Positions 10,459 to 22,241 of a stretch of 64,000 bases of DNA are shown in pieces. Both the position numbers and the translations under genes were made by a program. The DNA comes from an uncultured delta proteobacterium. GTDB lineage: Bacteria; Desulfobacterota; Desulfuromonadia; Desulfuromonadales; JACZKF01. The stretch covers positions 32,001 to 96,000 of the forward strand of contig CAWFKQ010000004.1 of NCBI GenBank assembly GCA_963816395.1, given 5' to 3'. Within the stretch, counting starts at the first letter, position 1, and every line of letters begins with the position of its first letter. A model generated the notes under the pieces. That model did not search any database. It saw nothing but the letters and a program-made list of their open reading frames with translations, and was not told where the DNA came from.

Positions 10459-10460
10459 CT

Positions 10461-11852
10461 TCACGCCTTGCTCCCCAGCGCGCCTCGCCTTGCGGCCCGC
10501 GCAATCTCCCTTTCGACCGCTTCCCGCGCCGTGCCGCCGGTGGCGCGGCGGGCGTTGACCGAAGCCTCCAGGGTCACATGGTCGTAGATGTCTGCCGCGA
10601 TCAGGGAGGAGAACCGCCGGAACTCCTCCAGGGAGAGTTCGGGGATGTCCTTTTCCTGCTCGATGCAGTAGCGCACCGTCTTGCCGACCACCTCGTGCGC
10701 CTGGCGGAAGGGCAGACCCTTGCGCACCAGGTAGTCGGCCACGTCGGTGGCGGTGGAAAACCCGCGGGCGGCGGCCCGGCGCATGTTCTCCCGGCGCACT
10801 GCCATGCCGGCGATCATGTCGGCGAAGATTTTCAGGCTCCCCTTGACCGTGTCGAGGGTATCGAAAAGCGGTTCCTTGTCTTCCTGCATGTCCTTGTTGT
10901 AGGCCAGCGGCAGCGACTTCATCAGGGTCAGCAGGCTCACCAGGTTGCCGTAGACCCGGCCGCTCTTGCCGCGCACCAGCTCCGGGACGTCCGGGTTCTT
11001 CTTCTGCGGCATGATCGAGCTGCCGGTGCAGAAGGCGTCGGTCAGCTCGATGAAGGCGAAGTCGGCGCTCGACCAGAGGATCAGCTCCTCGGCCAGGCGC
11101 GAGAGGTGCATCATGACGATGGCGCCGGCGGCGCAGAACTCGATGGCGAAATCGCGGTCGGAGACCGAATCGAGGCTGTTGCGGGTCACCCCGGCGAAGC
11201 CGAGCTGTTCGGCGACGAATTCGCGGTCGATGGGGAAGGTGGTGCCGGCCAGGGCGCCGGCCCCCAGCGGCATGACGTTGAGCCGCCGGCGGCAGTCGGT
11301 GAGACGGTCGGCGTCGCGGCGGAACATCTCATAATAGGCGAGCAGGTGATGGGCGAAGAGGATCGGCTGCGCGGTCTGCAGATGGGTAAAGCCGGGCATC
11401 ACGGTGTCGAGGTTCCCCTCCGCCTGGGCGAGCAGCGCCTCCTGCAGACGGTCGAGAAAGGCCAGCACCGCATCGATCTCATCGCGCAGATAGAGGCGTA
11501 TGTCGAGGGCCACCTGATCGTTGCGCGAGCGGGCCGTGTGCAGCTTGCCGCCGATCGGGCCGATGCGCTCGATGAGTCGCGCCTCGATATTCATGTGGAT
11601 ATCCTCGAGGCTGACCTTGAACTCGAAATTCCCCGCCTCGATGTCGGCCAGTATCGCCTCCAGGCCGGCGACGATCTGCTGTGCTTCCGCTTCGGTGATA
11701 ATTTTCTGCCTGGCCAGCATCCGGGCATGGGCGACGGAACCCGTGATGTCGTAACGGTAGAGGCGCTGGTCGAAATCGATCGAGGCGGTGAATTCCTCGA
11801 CGAAGCGGTCGGTGGGCTGAGTGAAGCGGCCGGCCCAGGGTTTGTCGCTCAT
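10461..11852 (-). CDS. argH: argininosuccinate lyase
   Basis: [35 protein letters not shown]. Confidence 0.97.
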   Translation of the reverse strand: MSDKPWAGRFTQPTDRFVEEFTASIDFDQRLYRYDITGSVAHARMLARQKIITEAEAQQIVAGLEAILADIEAGNFEFKVSLEDIHMNIEARLIERIGPIGGKLHTARSRNDQVALDIRLYLRDEIDAVLAFLDRLQEALLAQAEGNLDTVMPGFTHLQTAQPILFAHHLLAYYEMFRRDADRLTDCRRRLNVMPLGAGALAGTTFPIDREFVAEQLGFAGVTRNSLDSVSDRDFAIEFCAAGAIVMMHLSRLAEELILWSSADFAFIELTDAFCTGSSIMPQKKNPDVPELVRGKSGRVYGNLVSLLTLMKSLPLAYNKDMQEDKEPLFDTLDTVKGSLKIFADMIAGMAVRRENMRRAAARGFSTATDVADYLVRKGLPFRQAHEVVGKTVRYCIEQEKDIPELSLEEFRRFSSLIAADIYDHVTLEASVNARRATGGTAREAVEREIARAARRGALGSKA

Positions 11853-11890
11853 GGGGAAGCTCCGTTTGCGTTAGGCGGTGGATTGCGGAA

Positions 11891-13102
11891 TCAGTTCGTT
11901 TGGCCCTGCTCGCCCGAAACCAGGCCGGGGGCAGCGGTATCCGCCGGTTTCGGGGCGATGGCCGCGGCCTGCAATTCCTCGTCGGCCAGGCGGACCCAGG
12001 TGTGATCTCCGGCCGGCCGATAGATGCCGTGAACCTTCAGCGGAAAGCGCGTGGTGCGCGGGTCGAGTTCATGGAACAGCGGAAGATTGAAATAATACAG
12101 CCGCGTCTCACTGCCGAAGCGCAGGCGGCAGACCGGCAGCCCGCCGAAATCGTCGCTGGCGAACTCGAGGTAATTCGCCGGCCCGAGCTTGTGGCTCTGG
12201 TGGATGATCACCGAGGAATAGCCGTAGGTGAATTCGCCCTTGGCGAACAGGCCGCTGGTTTCGTCCGAGGCGTTGCAGAAGAGGGTGACGGTATCCCGCA
12301 CGCCCGGCGTATAGGCGAGGTATTCGCCATAGAAGCCGTTGACGACATCGCGGAAGGCCTTGTGCTCCGGCTTCGGATTGCATTCGATGATGGCGAGCAG
12401 ATCGAGCCGTTGGCGGGTGCGGTAGAAGAGTTCGTTGGCTTTCTCGATGATGGCGCTGATATTCGACTGGTACAGATCGCGGTAGACGTAGTCGAGGCAG
12501 ATCAGGGCCATGAAGTTGAAGCCGTTGGGCAGCGAGCGGAACAGGGGGAACACCTTGCCCCGGTAGAGGTCGTGGAAAGGATCGATCGTCTCCTCGCCGA
12601 CGAAAGGGTGGCTTTTGGCCATGAGGAATACGCGCAGGCGGCCGTCGCTCTCCTTGATCGCGGTGACCGCCCAGTTCACCGGTATCTCCTCGATATCGCC
12701 TGCATCGATGTCTGCCAGCACCGAGGCCAGGGCCTCTTCGTTGTCGCGGCGGTGCCGCTCGAGAAACTGGCGGTACTCGGTCAGCCGGACGTGTTCCACC
12801 CCGAAAATGGTGACGGTATTGGGGCGGAAATGGTCGCGGATGAAGTCGAGGGTCTCCTCCACGTGCTCCGCCGGCATAGCGGCTTCCGGGAGAATCAGGA
12901 AGTTGAGCTTCTTCAGGTTGCCCGGGCCCCTGGCCACCAGTTCGAGAATAGAGTGGATCTCCCGCCATTGATCGCCCGGGTCGGTGAGCTTGCAGGCAAA
13001 GTTGCGCAGTCCCAGATGGTTGGGGATCTGGCAGACCAGGCAGTGCTGGTGATGCCCGAGGGTGAATTCGATATTCACCTTTTTTTCCACGATCCGGAAC
13101 AT
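11891..13102 (-). CDS. uncharacterised carbon-nitrogen hydrolase (nitrilase-fold) protein
   Basis: ILPEAAMP (Glu), MAKSHPF (Lys) and ALICLDY (Cys) in the order of the CN-hydrolase catalytic triad. Confidence 0.6.
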   Translation of the reverse strand: MFRIVEKKVNIEFTLGHHQHCLVCQIPNHLGLRNFACKLTDPGDQWREIHSILELVARGPGNLKKLNFLILPEAAMPAEHVEETLDFIRDHFRPNTVTIFGVEHVRLTEYRQFLERHRRDNEEALASVLADIDAGDIEEIPVNWAVTAIKESDGRLRVFLMAKSHPFVGEETIDPFHDLYRGKVFPLFRSLPNGFNFMALICLDYVYRDLYQSNISAIIEKANELFYRTRQRLDLLAIIECNPKPEHKAFRDVVNGFYGEYLAYTPGVRDTVTLFCNASDETSGLFAKGEFTYGYSSVIIHQSHKLGPANYLEFASDDFGGLPVCRLRFGSETRLYYFNLPLFHELDPRTTRFPLKVHGIYRPAGDHTWVRLADEELQAAAIAPKPADTAAPGLVSGEQGQTN

Positions 13103-13107
13103 GGCCC

Positions 13108-13602
13108 TTACGGTTTTTCCACCGGACACATCAGCGGCTCATCGGGGCTGCATGGGCCCTCCGCCTGCGCCGTCCCGGACCACGGCAGGTCGGGGAAGAC
13201 CCGGCTCAGGATGTGCCGGGCGCCAGGCGGCAGATTGAGGGCGGGAAGGCGGACCTTCGGCACGAAAGCCGCCTCGGTACACTCTTCCCCATTGGCCTGC
13301 AGCCGCCCGCCGATCGGGGCGGCCCGGTAATAGAGGATGACGAAATGGTCTTCGGTTTGGCCGACGCTCAGATGTTCGAAAACATCGATCAGTCCCTCCA
13401 CCTTGATTTCGATCCCGACCTCCTCCAGCACCTCACGGTGCAGGGCGGCCAGAATCGACTCCCCGTGATCGATCTTCCCGCCCGGCATTACCCATTGCCC
13501 GTGGAAGGGATGGATGCAGCGCCGGGTCAGCAGGACGCGTTCCTGCTCGTCGATGACGCAGGCGACGACGGAAGTCTTAATATGTTGCTTTTTAAAATCC
13601 AT
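13108..13602 (-). CDS. Nudix hydrolase
   Basis: Nudix box GGKIDHGESILAALHREVLEEVG. Confidence 0.9.
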   Translation of the reverse strand: MDFKKQHIKTSVVACVIDEQERVLLTRRCIHPFHGQWVMPGGKIDHGESILAALHREVLEEVGIEIKVEGLIDVFEHLSVGQTEDHFVILYYRAAPIGGRLQANGEECTEAAFVPKVRLPALNLPPGARHILSRVFPDLPWSGTAQAEGPCSPDEPLMCPVEKP

Positions 13603-13610
13603 AGCAAGCC

Positions 13611-13683
13611 GGGACGCGGTTTGCGGTACGCGGGACGCGAAAATCCGGTAAGGTTTTCCGCATACCGCGTACCGCGTTCCGCG
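13611..13683. repeat. period-7 repeat hairpin after argG
   Basis: GGGACGCGGTTTGCGGTACGCGGGACGCG ... CCGCATACCGCGTACCGCGTTCCGCG. Confidence 0.6.
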
Positions 13684-13687
13684 CTAC

Positions 13688-14904
13688 CTATTTCTTCTGC
13701 CGCTGAATCGCGGCGATGCGCATGCGCAGGGCGTTGAGCTTGATGAAGCCTTCGGCGTCGGCCTGGTTGTAGACCTGGTCGGCCTCGAAGGTGGCGAAGT
13801 CGACATTGAACAGCGAATCGGTCTCCGACTTGCGCCCCACCGCCCGGCAGTGCCCCTTGTACAGCTTGATGCGGGCGACGCCGTTGACCGTCTGCTGTGT
13901 CTGGTCGATCAGCGCCTGCAGCGCCAGGCGCTCGGGGGCGAACCAATAGCCGTTGTAGATCATGCTGGCGTAGCGGGGCATGAGGGAATCGCGCAGGTGC
14001 ATCACCTCGCGATCCATGGTGATCGATTCCACCGCCCGGTGCGCCTCTTCGAGGATGGTGCCGCCGGGGGTCTCGTAGACGCCGCGGCTTTTCATCCCCA
14101 CATAGCGGTTTTCCAGCAGGTCGACGCGGCCGATGCCGTGCTTGCCGCCGAGCTGGTTCAGCTTCGCCAGGAGATTGGCGGGGGAGAGCCGCTCGCCGTT
14201 GACCGCCACGGCATCTCCCTTCTCGAAGGCGACCTCCACGTACTCCGGCTGGTCGGGGGCGTCCTCGGGGCGCACCGTGAGGACATACATCTCCTCCGGC
14301 GCCTCGGCCCAGGGGTTCTCCAGGATGGCGCCCTCGAAGGAGATGTGCAGCAGGTTGCGGTCGGAACTCCAGGGGCGCGCCTTGGTCACCGGCACGTGGA
14401 TGTCGTGCTTCTGTGCATAGGCGATGAGGGCCTCGCGGCTGTTCAGGTCCCATTCGCGCCAGGGGGCGATGACGGTGATGGCCGGGTCGAAGTGGTAGTA
14501 GGCGAGCTCAAAGCGCACCTGGTCGTTCCCCTTGCCGGTAGCGCCATGCGAGACCGCATCGGCCCCCTCTTGGCGGGCGATATCCATCTGCGCCTTGGCG
14601 ATCAGCGGCCGGGCGATGGAGGTCCCGAGGAAATAGCGTCCTTCATAGATGGCGTTGGCGCGGAACATGGGGAAGACGAAGTCGCGGACGAACTCCTCCT
14701 TCAGGTCGACGATGTAGCCCTTGCTGGCGCCGGTCTTCTTCGCCTTGGCGGGGATGATGTCCAGTTCCTCCCCCTGGCCGAGGTCGGCGGAAAAGGCGAT
14801 CACCTCGCAGCCGTATTCCTCGACCAGCCACTTGAGGATGATCGAGGTGTCGAGCCCGCCCGAATAGGCGAGGACGGCCTTTTTGACGGAACCCTTCTTG
14901 CCAT
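13688..14904 (-). CDS. argG: argininosuccinate synthase, one-base frameshift right after the start
   Basis: [42 protein letters not shown]. Confidence 0.97.
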
Positions 14905-14938
14905 AAAGCAGTTTCTCCTTTGCGGTGACAGTTGAATC

Positions 14939-14997
14939 GGCAAAGGGGTTGGAAGAGGCATTTATTCGCTTGCCTCGTGCCTCTTGCCTCTAGCCTA
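14939..14997. repeat. period-7 repeat (AGGCAAG type) containing the RDD gene stop
   Basis: CTTGCCTCGTGCCTCTTGCCTCTAGCCTA. Confidence 0.55.
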
Positions 14998-15650
14998 GAG
15001 TTTTATGACATAAGTATCGGCAATCTTGTCGTGCAGCCCCTGCTTCTGGCGGTCGAAGGCGACCATCAGGTAGCCGATGCCGAGGAGAATGCCCGAGAGG
15101 AACTTGCCGGGCACTTCCCGGAGGAAAGCGCGGCCGTAGCCGATGGCGCTGCCGTCGGTGCGGATCACCTTGATCCGCAGGGCCATCTTGCCGGGCGTCT
15201 GACCGCCGTAACCGGTGAAGAAGACATAATAGAACACCGCGATGACGGCGGCGAACAGTCCGGTTACGATGGTTATCATGGTCTGCCCCTGCTGGTTCAG
15301 GGAGCCGCTGACCAGGCCGGCGGCCAGGGTGAGCAGCAGGCTGCAGACGAACTCCAGCAACGGAGACCAGGAAGGAGTCGATCAGTCGCCGCCACCGCCC
15401 GGATCCAGAAACCGGCCTTGGGCAGGGTCTCGGGGCCGGCCGGCAGGGGTGGCGGCAGCGTCCCGGAGAGGGCCGGCGGTGGAGTTTCCTCCGGGGCGGG
15501 CGTTGGCTCCCCTTCGGCCGATGCGGCCTCCTCTCGGCGAAAGGAGAAGCTCTCCTGGCATTGCGGGCAGGTCGCCTGCAGCGGTCCGGGCGGAATTTCG
15601 GCATCCCCCACTTCCCGGGAGAACCCGCAACGCGGGCAGCTGACCTCCAT
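14995..15650 (-). CDS. zinc-ribbon + RDD family membrane protein, frameshifted
   Basis: CPRC...CPQC zinc ribbon, AGFWIR, GQTPGKMALRIKV, GLHDKIADT. Confidence 0.85.
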
Positions 15651-15651
15651 C

Positions 15652-16569
15652 CTACCGTCCTTCCAGCAAGGTCGCCATGATCGCCTTCTGCACGTGGAGA
15701 CGGTTTTCGGCCTCATCGAAGACCACCGAATGCGGCCCTTCGATCACCTCGTCGGTGATCTCTTCGCCGCGGTGGGCCGGCAGGCAGTGCAGGACGATGC
15801 AGCCCGGGTCGGCGACGGCAACTACCCGCTCGTTGATCTGGAAGCCGGCGAAGGCCCTGGCCCGCGCCTGCTGTTCGGCTTCCTGCCCCATGCTGGCCCA
15901 AACGTCGGTATTGAGGACGTGGGCGCCGCGCGCCGCCTCGGCCGGATCATGGGTATAACGGATGCGGGCACCCAGCTCCCGGGCCCGGGCGACGACCTGT
16001 TCATGGGGGCGGTAGCCCGTCGGGGTGGCGACCCGCAGTTCAAAGCCGAAGACGGCGGCGGCGTTGATCCAGCTGTTGGCCATGTTGTTGCCGTCGCCGA
16101 TCCAGCAGTAGCTCAGATCGCGCCAGGCGTCTCCCTTGTGCTCGATGACGGTGAACAGGTCGGCCATCACCTGGCAGGGGTGGTACATGTCGGTCAGGCC
16201 GTTGATCACGGGTATGTCCGACCAGCGGGCCAGCTCCTCCACCCCCTCCTGGGAGAAGGTGCGGATCATGATGCCGTCGACATAACGGGACATCACCCGG
16301 CCGGTGTCCTTGATCGGCTCGCCGCGGCCGATCTGCGTCGTCCCGGAGGAGAGGAACAGGGCGTGGCCGCCCAGCTGGTACATACCCACCTCGAAGGAAA
16401 CCCGGGTGCGGGTGGAGCTTTTCTCGAAAATCATCCCCAGGGTCTTCCCCGCGAGGAGCCGGTGCGCCTCGCCGCGCTTCTGCTTCGCCTTCAGCTCGCG
16501 GGTCAGCGCGAAGATCGCCTCCAGGTCTTCACGCCGCCAGTCGGTCAGGGACAGAAAATCTTTTTTCAC
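15652..16569 (-). CDS. argF: ornithine carbamoyltransferase
   Basis: STRTRVSFE, HPCQ, DVWASMG, HCLP; GTG start after AGGAG. Confidence 0.97.
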   Translation of the reverse strand: MKKDFLSLTDWRREDLEAIFALTRELKAKQKRGEAHRLLAGKTLGMIFEKSSTRTRVSFEVGMYQLGGHALFLSSGTTQIGRGEPIKDTGRVMSRYVDGIMIRTFSQEGVEELARWSDIPVINGLTDMYHPCQVMADLFTVIEHKGDAWRDLSYCWIGDGNNMANSWINAAAVFGFELRVATPTGYRPHEQVVARARELGARIRYTHDPAEAARGAHVLNTDVWASMGQEAEQQARARAFAGFQINERVVAVADPGCIVLHCLPAHRGEEITDEVIEGPHSVVFDEAENRLHVQKAIMATLLEGR

Positions 16570-16594
16570 AGCAATGCTCCTGATACATCGCAGG

Positions 16595-16620
16595 GTAGGG
16601 GCACGGCGTGCCGTGCCCAC
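16595..16620 (+). repeat. GTAG-type REP element
   Basis: GTAG followed by the palindrome GGGCACGGCGTGCCGTGCCC, between argD and argF. Confidence 0.75.
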
Positions 16621-16623
16621 TGT

Positions 16624-17819
16624 TCAGATTTCAGCCAATATCCCATCCAGAATCCCCACCGCCTCATCGATCTCCGCTTTCGTCACGATCAGCGGCGGTA
16701 CGAACCGCAGGACGGTGTCGTGGATGACGTTGAGCAGCAGGCCGCGGCTATGCCCCTTTTTGACGATATCCGCTCCGGGAATCGACATCTGCATGCCGAC
16801 CATCAGGCCGATGCCGCGGATGCCGGTGATGAAAGAATAGCGCTGCCTGAGCACGCCAAGCCGGGCGACCAGGTAGTCCCCCATCTCCACGGCACGCTCC
16901 GGCAGCCCCTCATCGAGAACCGCCCGCAGCGCCGCCACCCCCGCCGCCGTCATCAACGGATTGCCGCCGAAGGTTGAACCATGGGTGCCGGGGGTAAAGG
17001 CGGCGGCAATCTCTTCGCGGGCCAGGGCGGCGCCGATCGGTCCGCCGCCCCCCAGGGCCTTGGCCAGGGTCAGGATATCGGGGGTGATGCCGAAATGCTC
17101 ATAGGCGAAGAGCTTGCCGGTGCGGCCGATGCCGGTCTGCACCTCATCCAGGATCAGCAGCAGCCGGTGCCGGTCGCACAGCTGCCGAACCGCCTGCAGG
17201 TAATTCGGGGCGGGGATGTTGACCCCTCCCTCCCCCTGTACCGCCTCCAGCATGATGGCGCAGGTGTGCTGGTCCACCGCTGCCTCCAGTGCCGCCAAGT
17301 CGTTGAAGGGGACATGGCGGAAGCCGTGCAGCAGCGGATCGAAAAATTTCTGCACCGTCGCCTGGCCGGTGGCCGAGACGGTGGCCATGGTCCGGCCATG
17401 GAAGGAATCGGCGGCGGTGATGATGGCGAAGCGCTCAGGGCCGAAGGTGTCACGGCTGTACTTCCGCGCCAGCTTGATCGCCGCCTCGTTCGCCTCGGCT
17501 CCCGAATTGCAGAAGAAGACGCGATCGGCGAAGCTGTGGGCACAGAGCAGTTCGGCCAGTTCGGTCTGCGGCGCGTTGTGATAGTAGTTGGAGCAGTGGA
17601 TCAGGGTCGCCGCCTGCTCCTGCAGGGCCTTGACCACCTTAGGATGGCAGTGCCCCAGGTTGTTGACCGCCACCCCGGCGAGAAAGTCCAGATAGCGTTT
17701 CCCGTCCGCGTCCCAGACCACGCACCCCTCGCCCCGCACCGGCACGATCGGATAGCGCCCCACGTTCTTCATCAGCACCTTGTCGGCCCGGTCGAAATCC
17801 AGGCAGCGGAAGTCGTCAT
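16624..17819 (-). CDS. argD: acetylornithine aminotransferase, frameshift near the start
   Basis: NSGAEANEAAIK, FHGRT, DEVQTGIGRTG, LAKALGGG, HGSTFGGNP. Confidence 0.95.
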
Positions 17820-17860
17820 GATTTTGTCATCCATGTAATTGGAAGAGCAATTTAACAGCA

Positions 17861-17989
17861 AACGCAAAGGCGCAAAGACGAAAAGAAAGGCGCCGAGGAA
17901 AACCAATGAAAATGGAGAGGTTGCCTTTAAGCCTTTAGAACGTTTGATTTCCTTTGCGTCTTGGGGGTTTCCCTTTGCGCCTTTGCGTT
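17861..17989. repeat. CGCAAAGG-type repeat hairpin
   Basis: perfect 17-bp IR AACGCAAAGGCGCAAAG (17861) / CTTTGCGCCTTTGCGTT (17973). Confidence 0.75.
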
Positions 17990-17997
17990 GAGGTTCT

Positions 17998-20299
<2,302 letters not shown>

Positions 20300-20303
<4 letters not shown>

Positions 20304-20830
20304 GGCAGCGCCTCCACCAGGATATTTTCGTTGGTATAGATGCAGATGCCGGCAGCGATCTTCATAGCCTCCACGGCGATCTGTTGCGCCGGCAGGGCCG
20401 AGTGGCCGAGCAGGGCGCGGGCGGCGGCCAGGGCATAGGGGCCGCCGGAGCCGATGGCGGCGATGCCGTCGTCCGGCTCGATGACATCGCCCGCCCCGGA
20501 CAGCACCAGGGTGGACTCCCGGTCGGCGACGATCAGCAGGGCCTCCAGACGGCGCAGGATGCGGTCGGTGCGCCAGTCCTTGGCCAGAGTCACTGCGGCT
20601 CGCGACAGGTTGCCGCGGTATTCCTGCAGTTTGGCGTCGAATTTTTCGAAAAGGGTGAACGCATCCGCTGTGCTGCCGGCGAAGCCGGCCAGGACCTTGT
20701 CGTCATACAGCCGGCGGATCTTGCGGGCAGTATGCTTCATGACCGTATTGCCCATGGTCACCTGCCCGTCCCCGGCCAGCGCCACCTCGCCCTCTTTGCG
20801 GATGCAGAGAATTGTCGTTGCGTGAAACAT
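20300..20830 (-). CDS. hslV: ATP-dependent protease peptidase subunit HslV
   Basis: TTILC N-terminal Thr, GDGQVT, AGSTADA, GSGG. Confidence 0.97.
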
Positions 20831-21008
20831 GGGTAGCTCTCGTGAAAAGTTAAAGAAAAAATATAACACAGAGCGGCGCCCGAAAAAAGATAAATGCCGC
20901 ATTCCCTGCACCGGCAGCGGCGGTGGGGAAAGGCGGCTTGGGCGATCGTGTTCCGGGCTCAACAGGATGCGTTCTGCATCCCGGAGCTGGCAAAAATGCC
21001 ATTAAAGC

Positions 21009-21070
21009 AGTGAGGTAGCGAGATGGTAAAATCTGAATTTACTGTCTCACTGTCTGACTATCACACTATC
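21009..21070. repeat. period-8 repeat hairpin (AGTGAGGT/AGCGAGAT)
   Basis: AGTGAGGT AGCGAGAT ... ACTGTCTC ACTGTCTG ACTATCAC ACTATC; contains the kinase stop at 21047. Confidence 0.7.
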
Positions 21071-22222
21071 AGACTGCCCTTTAGGGTACGGGAGGAGAAT
21101 GGTCGCTTCCGTCCCTGCTCCCGGCTCGCTCTTCAATTGCAGGGTGCCGCCGTGCATCTGCACGAACTGCCGGGCGTAATAAAGGCCGAGGCCAAAACCG
21201 CGCACCTGCCCGGTCCGGGAGGGATCAACCTGATAGAACTTTTCGAATATCTTGGGGATCTCCTCCCGCGGGATTCCCTGACCGGTATCACGAATGGTCA
21301 GACGCACAGCCTTTGACGTCACTTCCCCCGTGAAGTGGATTTCGCCGCCGCGCGGGGTGAATTTGACCGCGTTATCGAGCAGGGAGAGCAGGGTGAAGGT
21401 GAAGCGCTGCCGGTCCAGGGGGATGGCGGGGCAGGCGGCTTCCAGGGCACTGACCAGATGCACTCCCTTGCGGTCGGCGATCGTCTTGCGTTCGGTCACG
21501 ACCGTCTGGGCCAGTTCCAGGGGATTCTCCGTGGTAAAGCGGGGCGGCCCTTCCTGGAGGATCACCTGACTGTAATTGAGCAGGTCCTGGATCAGGGCGC
21601 TCAGATAGCCGGATTCCTCCAGAATGAGCTCCATGGTCTTGCGAAAGGAGGGATCGTCGGGGTCGCCGATGCCCTGGGCGAGATTCTGGATGAACAGTGA
21701 AATGGCCGTGATCGGGGTTTTAAGCTTATGTGAGATCAGGCCGAGAAAATCGGACTTCAGGCGGTCCAGGCGTTTTAGCTGCAGCAGTTCCTCGCGCAGC
21801 GCCTTTCGCTCCAGGACCTTCTGGACGGTGGTCCTGAGCTGCAGCAGGTTGATGGGCTTGCTGATAAAGTCATCGGCATCGGCTTTCAGCGCCCGCAGGA
21901 TGATCTCCCTATCGGCGAAGCCGGTCATGATCACCACTGCCTGGTTCGGCGCCTGCTCCTTGATCGTCTTCAGCAGGTCGAGTCCGTTCAGTTGCGGCAT
22001 CATGACATCGGTGAGGACCAGATCGATCTCCTCCCGATGCAGCACCTGCAGTGCCTCGGCGCCGTTGCCGGCCTGGAGGATGCGGTAGTCGTCCAGCGCC
22101 CGGGCGCAAAGCTCGCGGATGACCGCCTCGTCGTCAACGATGAGAATGCCTGGCCTGACCTTTTCCGGGCTCAACCGGGGTTTATCCGGAGTCTGCCGCC
22201 CTTCCTTTTTCCTGATAGCCAT
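21047..22222 (-). CDS. receiver-domain histidine kinase (REC-HisKA-HATPase, no sensor domain)
   Basis: LIVDD, TDVMMP, KP; SHKLKTP; NAVKF, DTGQG, F box, GFGLGL. Confidence 0.93.
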   Translation of the reverse strand: MAIRKKEGRQTPDKPRLSPEKVRPGILIVDDEAVIRELCARALDDYRILQAGNGAEALQVLHREEIDLVLTDVMMPQLNGLDLLKTIKEQAPNQAVVIMTGFADREIILRALKADADDFISKPINLLQLRTTVQKVLERKALREELLQLKRLDRLKSDFLGLISHKLKTPITAISLFIQNLAQGIGDPDDPSFRKTMELILEESGYLSALIQDLLNYSQVILQEGPPRFTTENPLELAQTVVTERKTIADRKGVHLVSALEAACPAIPLDRQRFTFTLLSLLDNAVKFTPRGGEIHFTGEVTSKAVRLTIRDTGQGIPREEIPKIFEKFYQVDPSRTGQVRGFGLGLYYARQFVQMHGGTLQLKSEPGAGTEATILLPYPKGQSDSVIVRQ

Positions 22223-22241
22223 AAAGATTGCCCGAATGATT

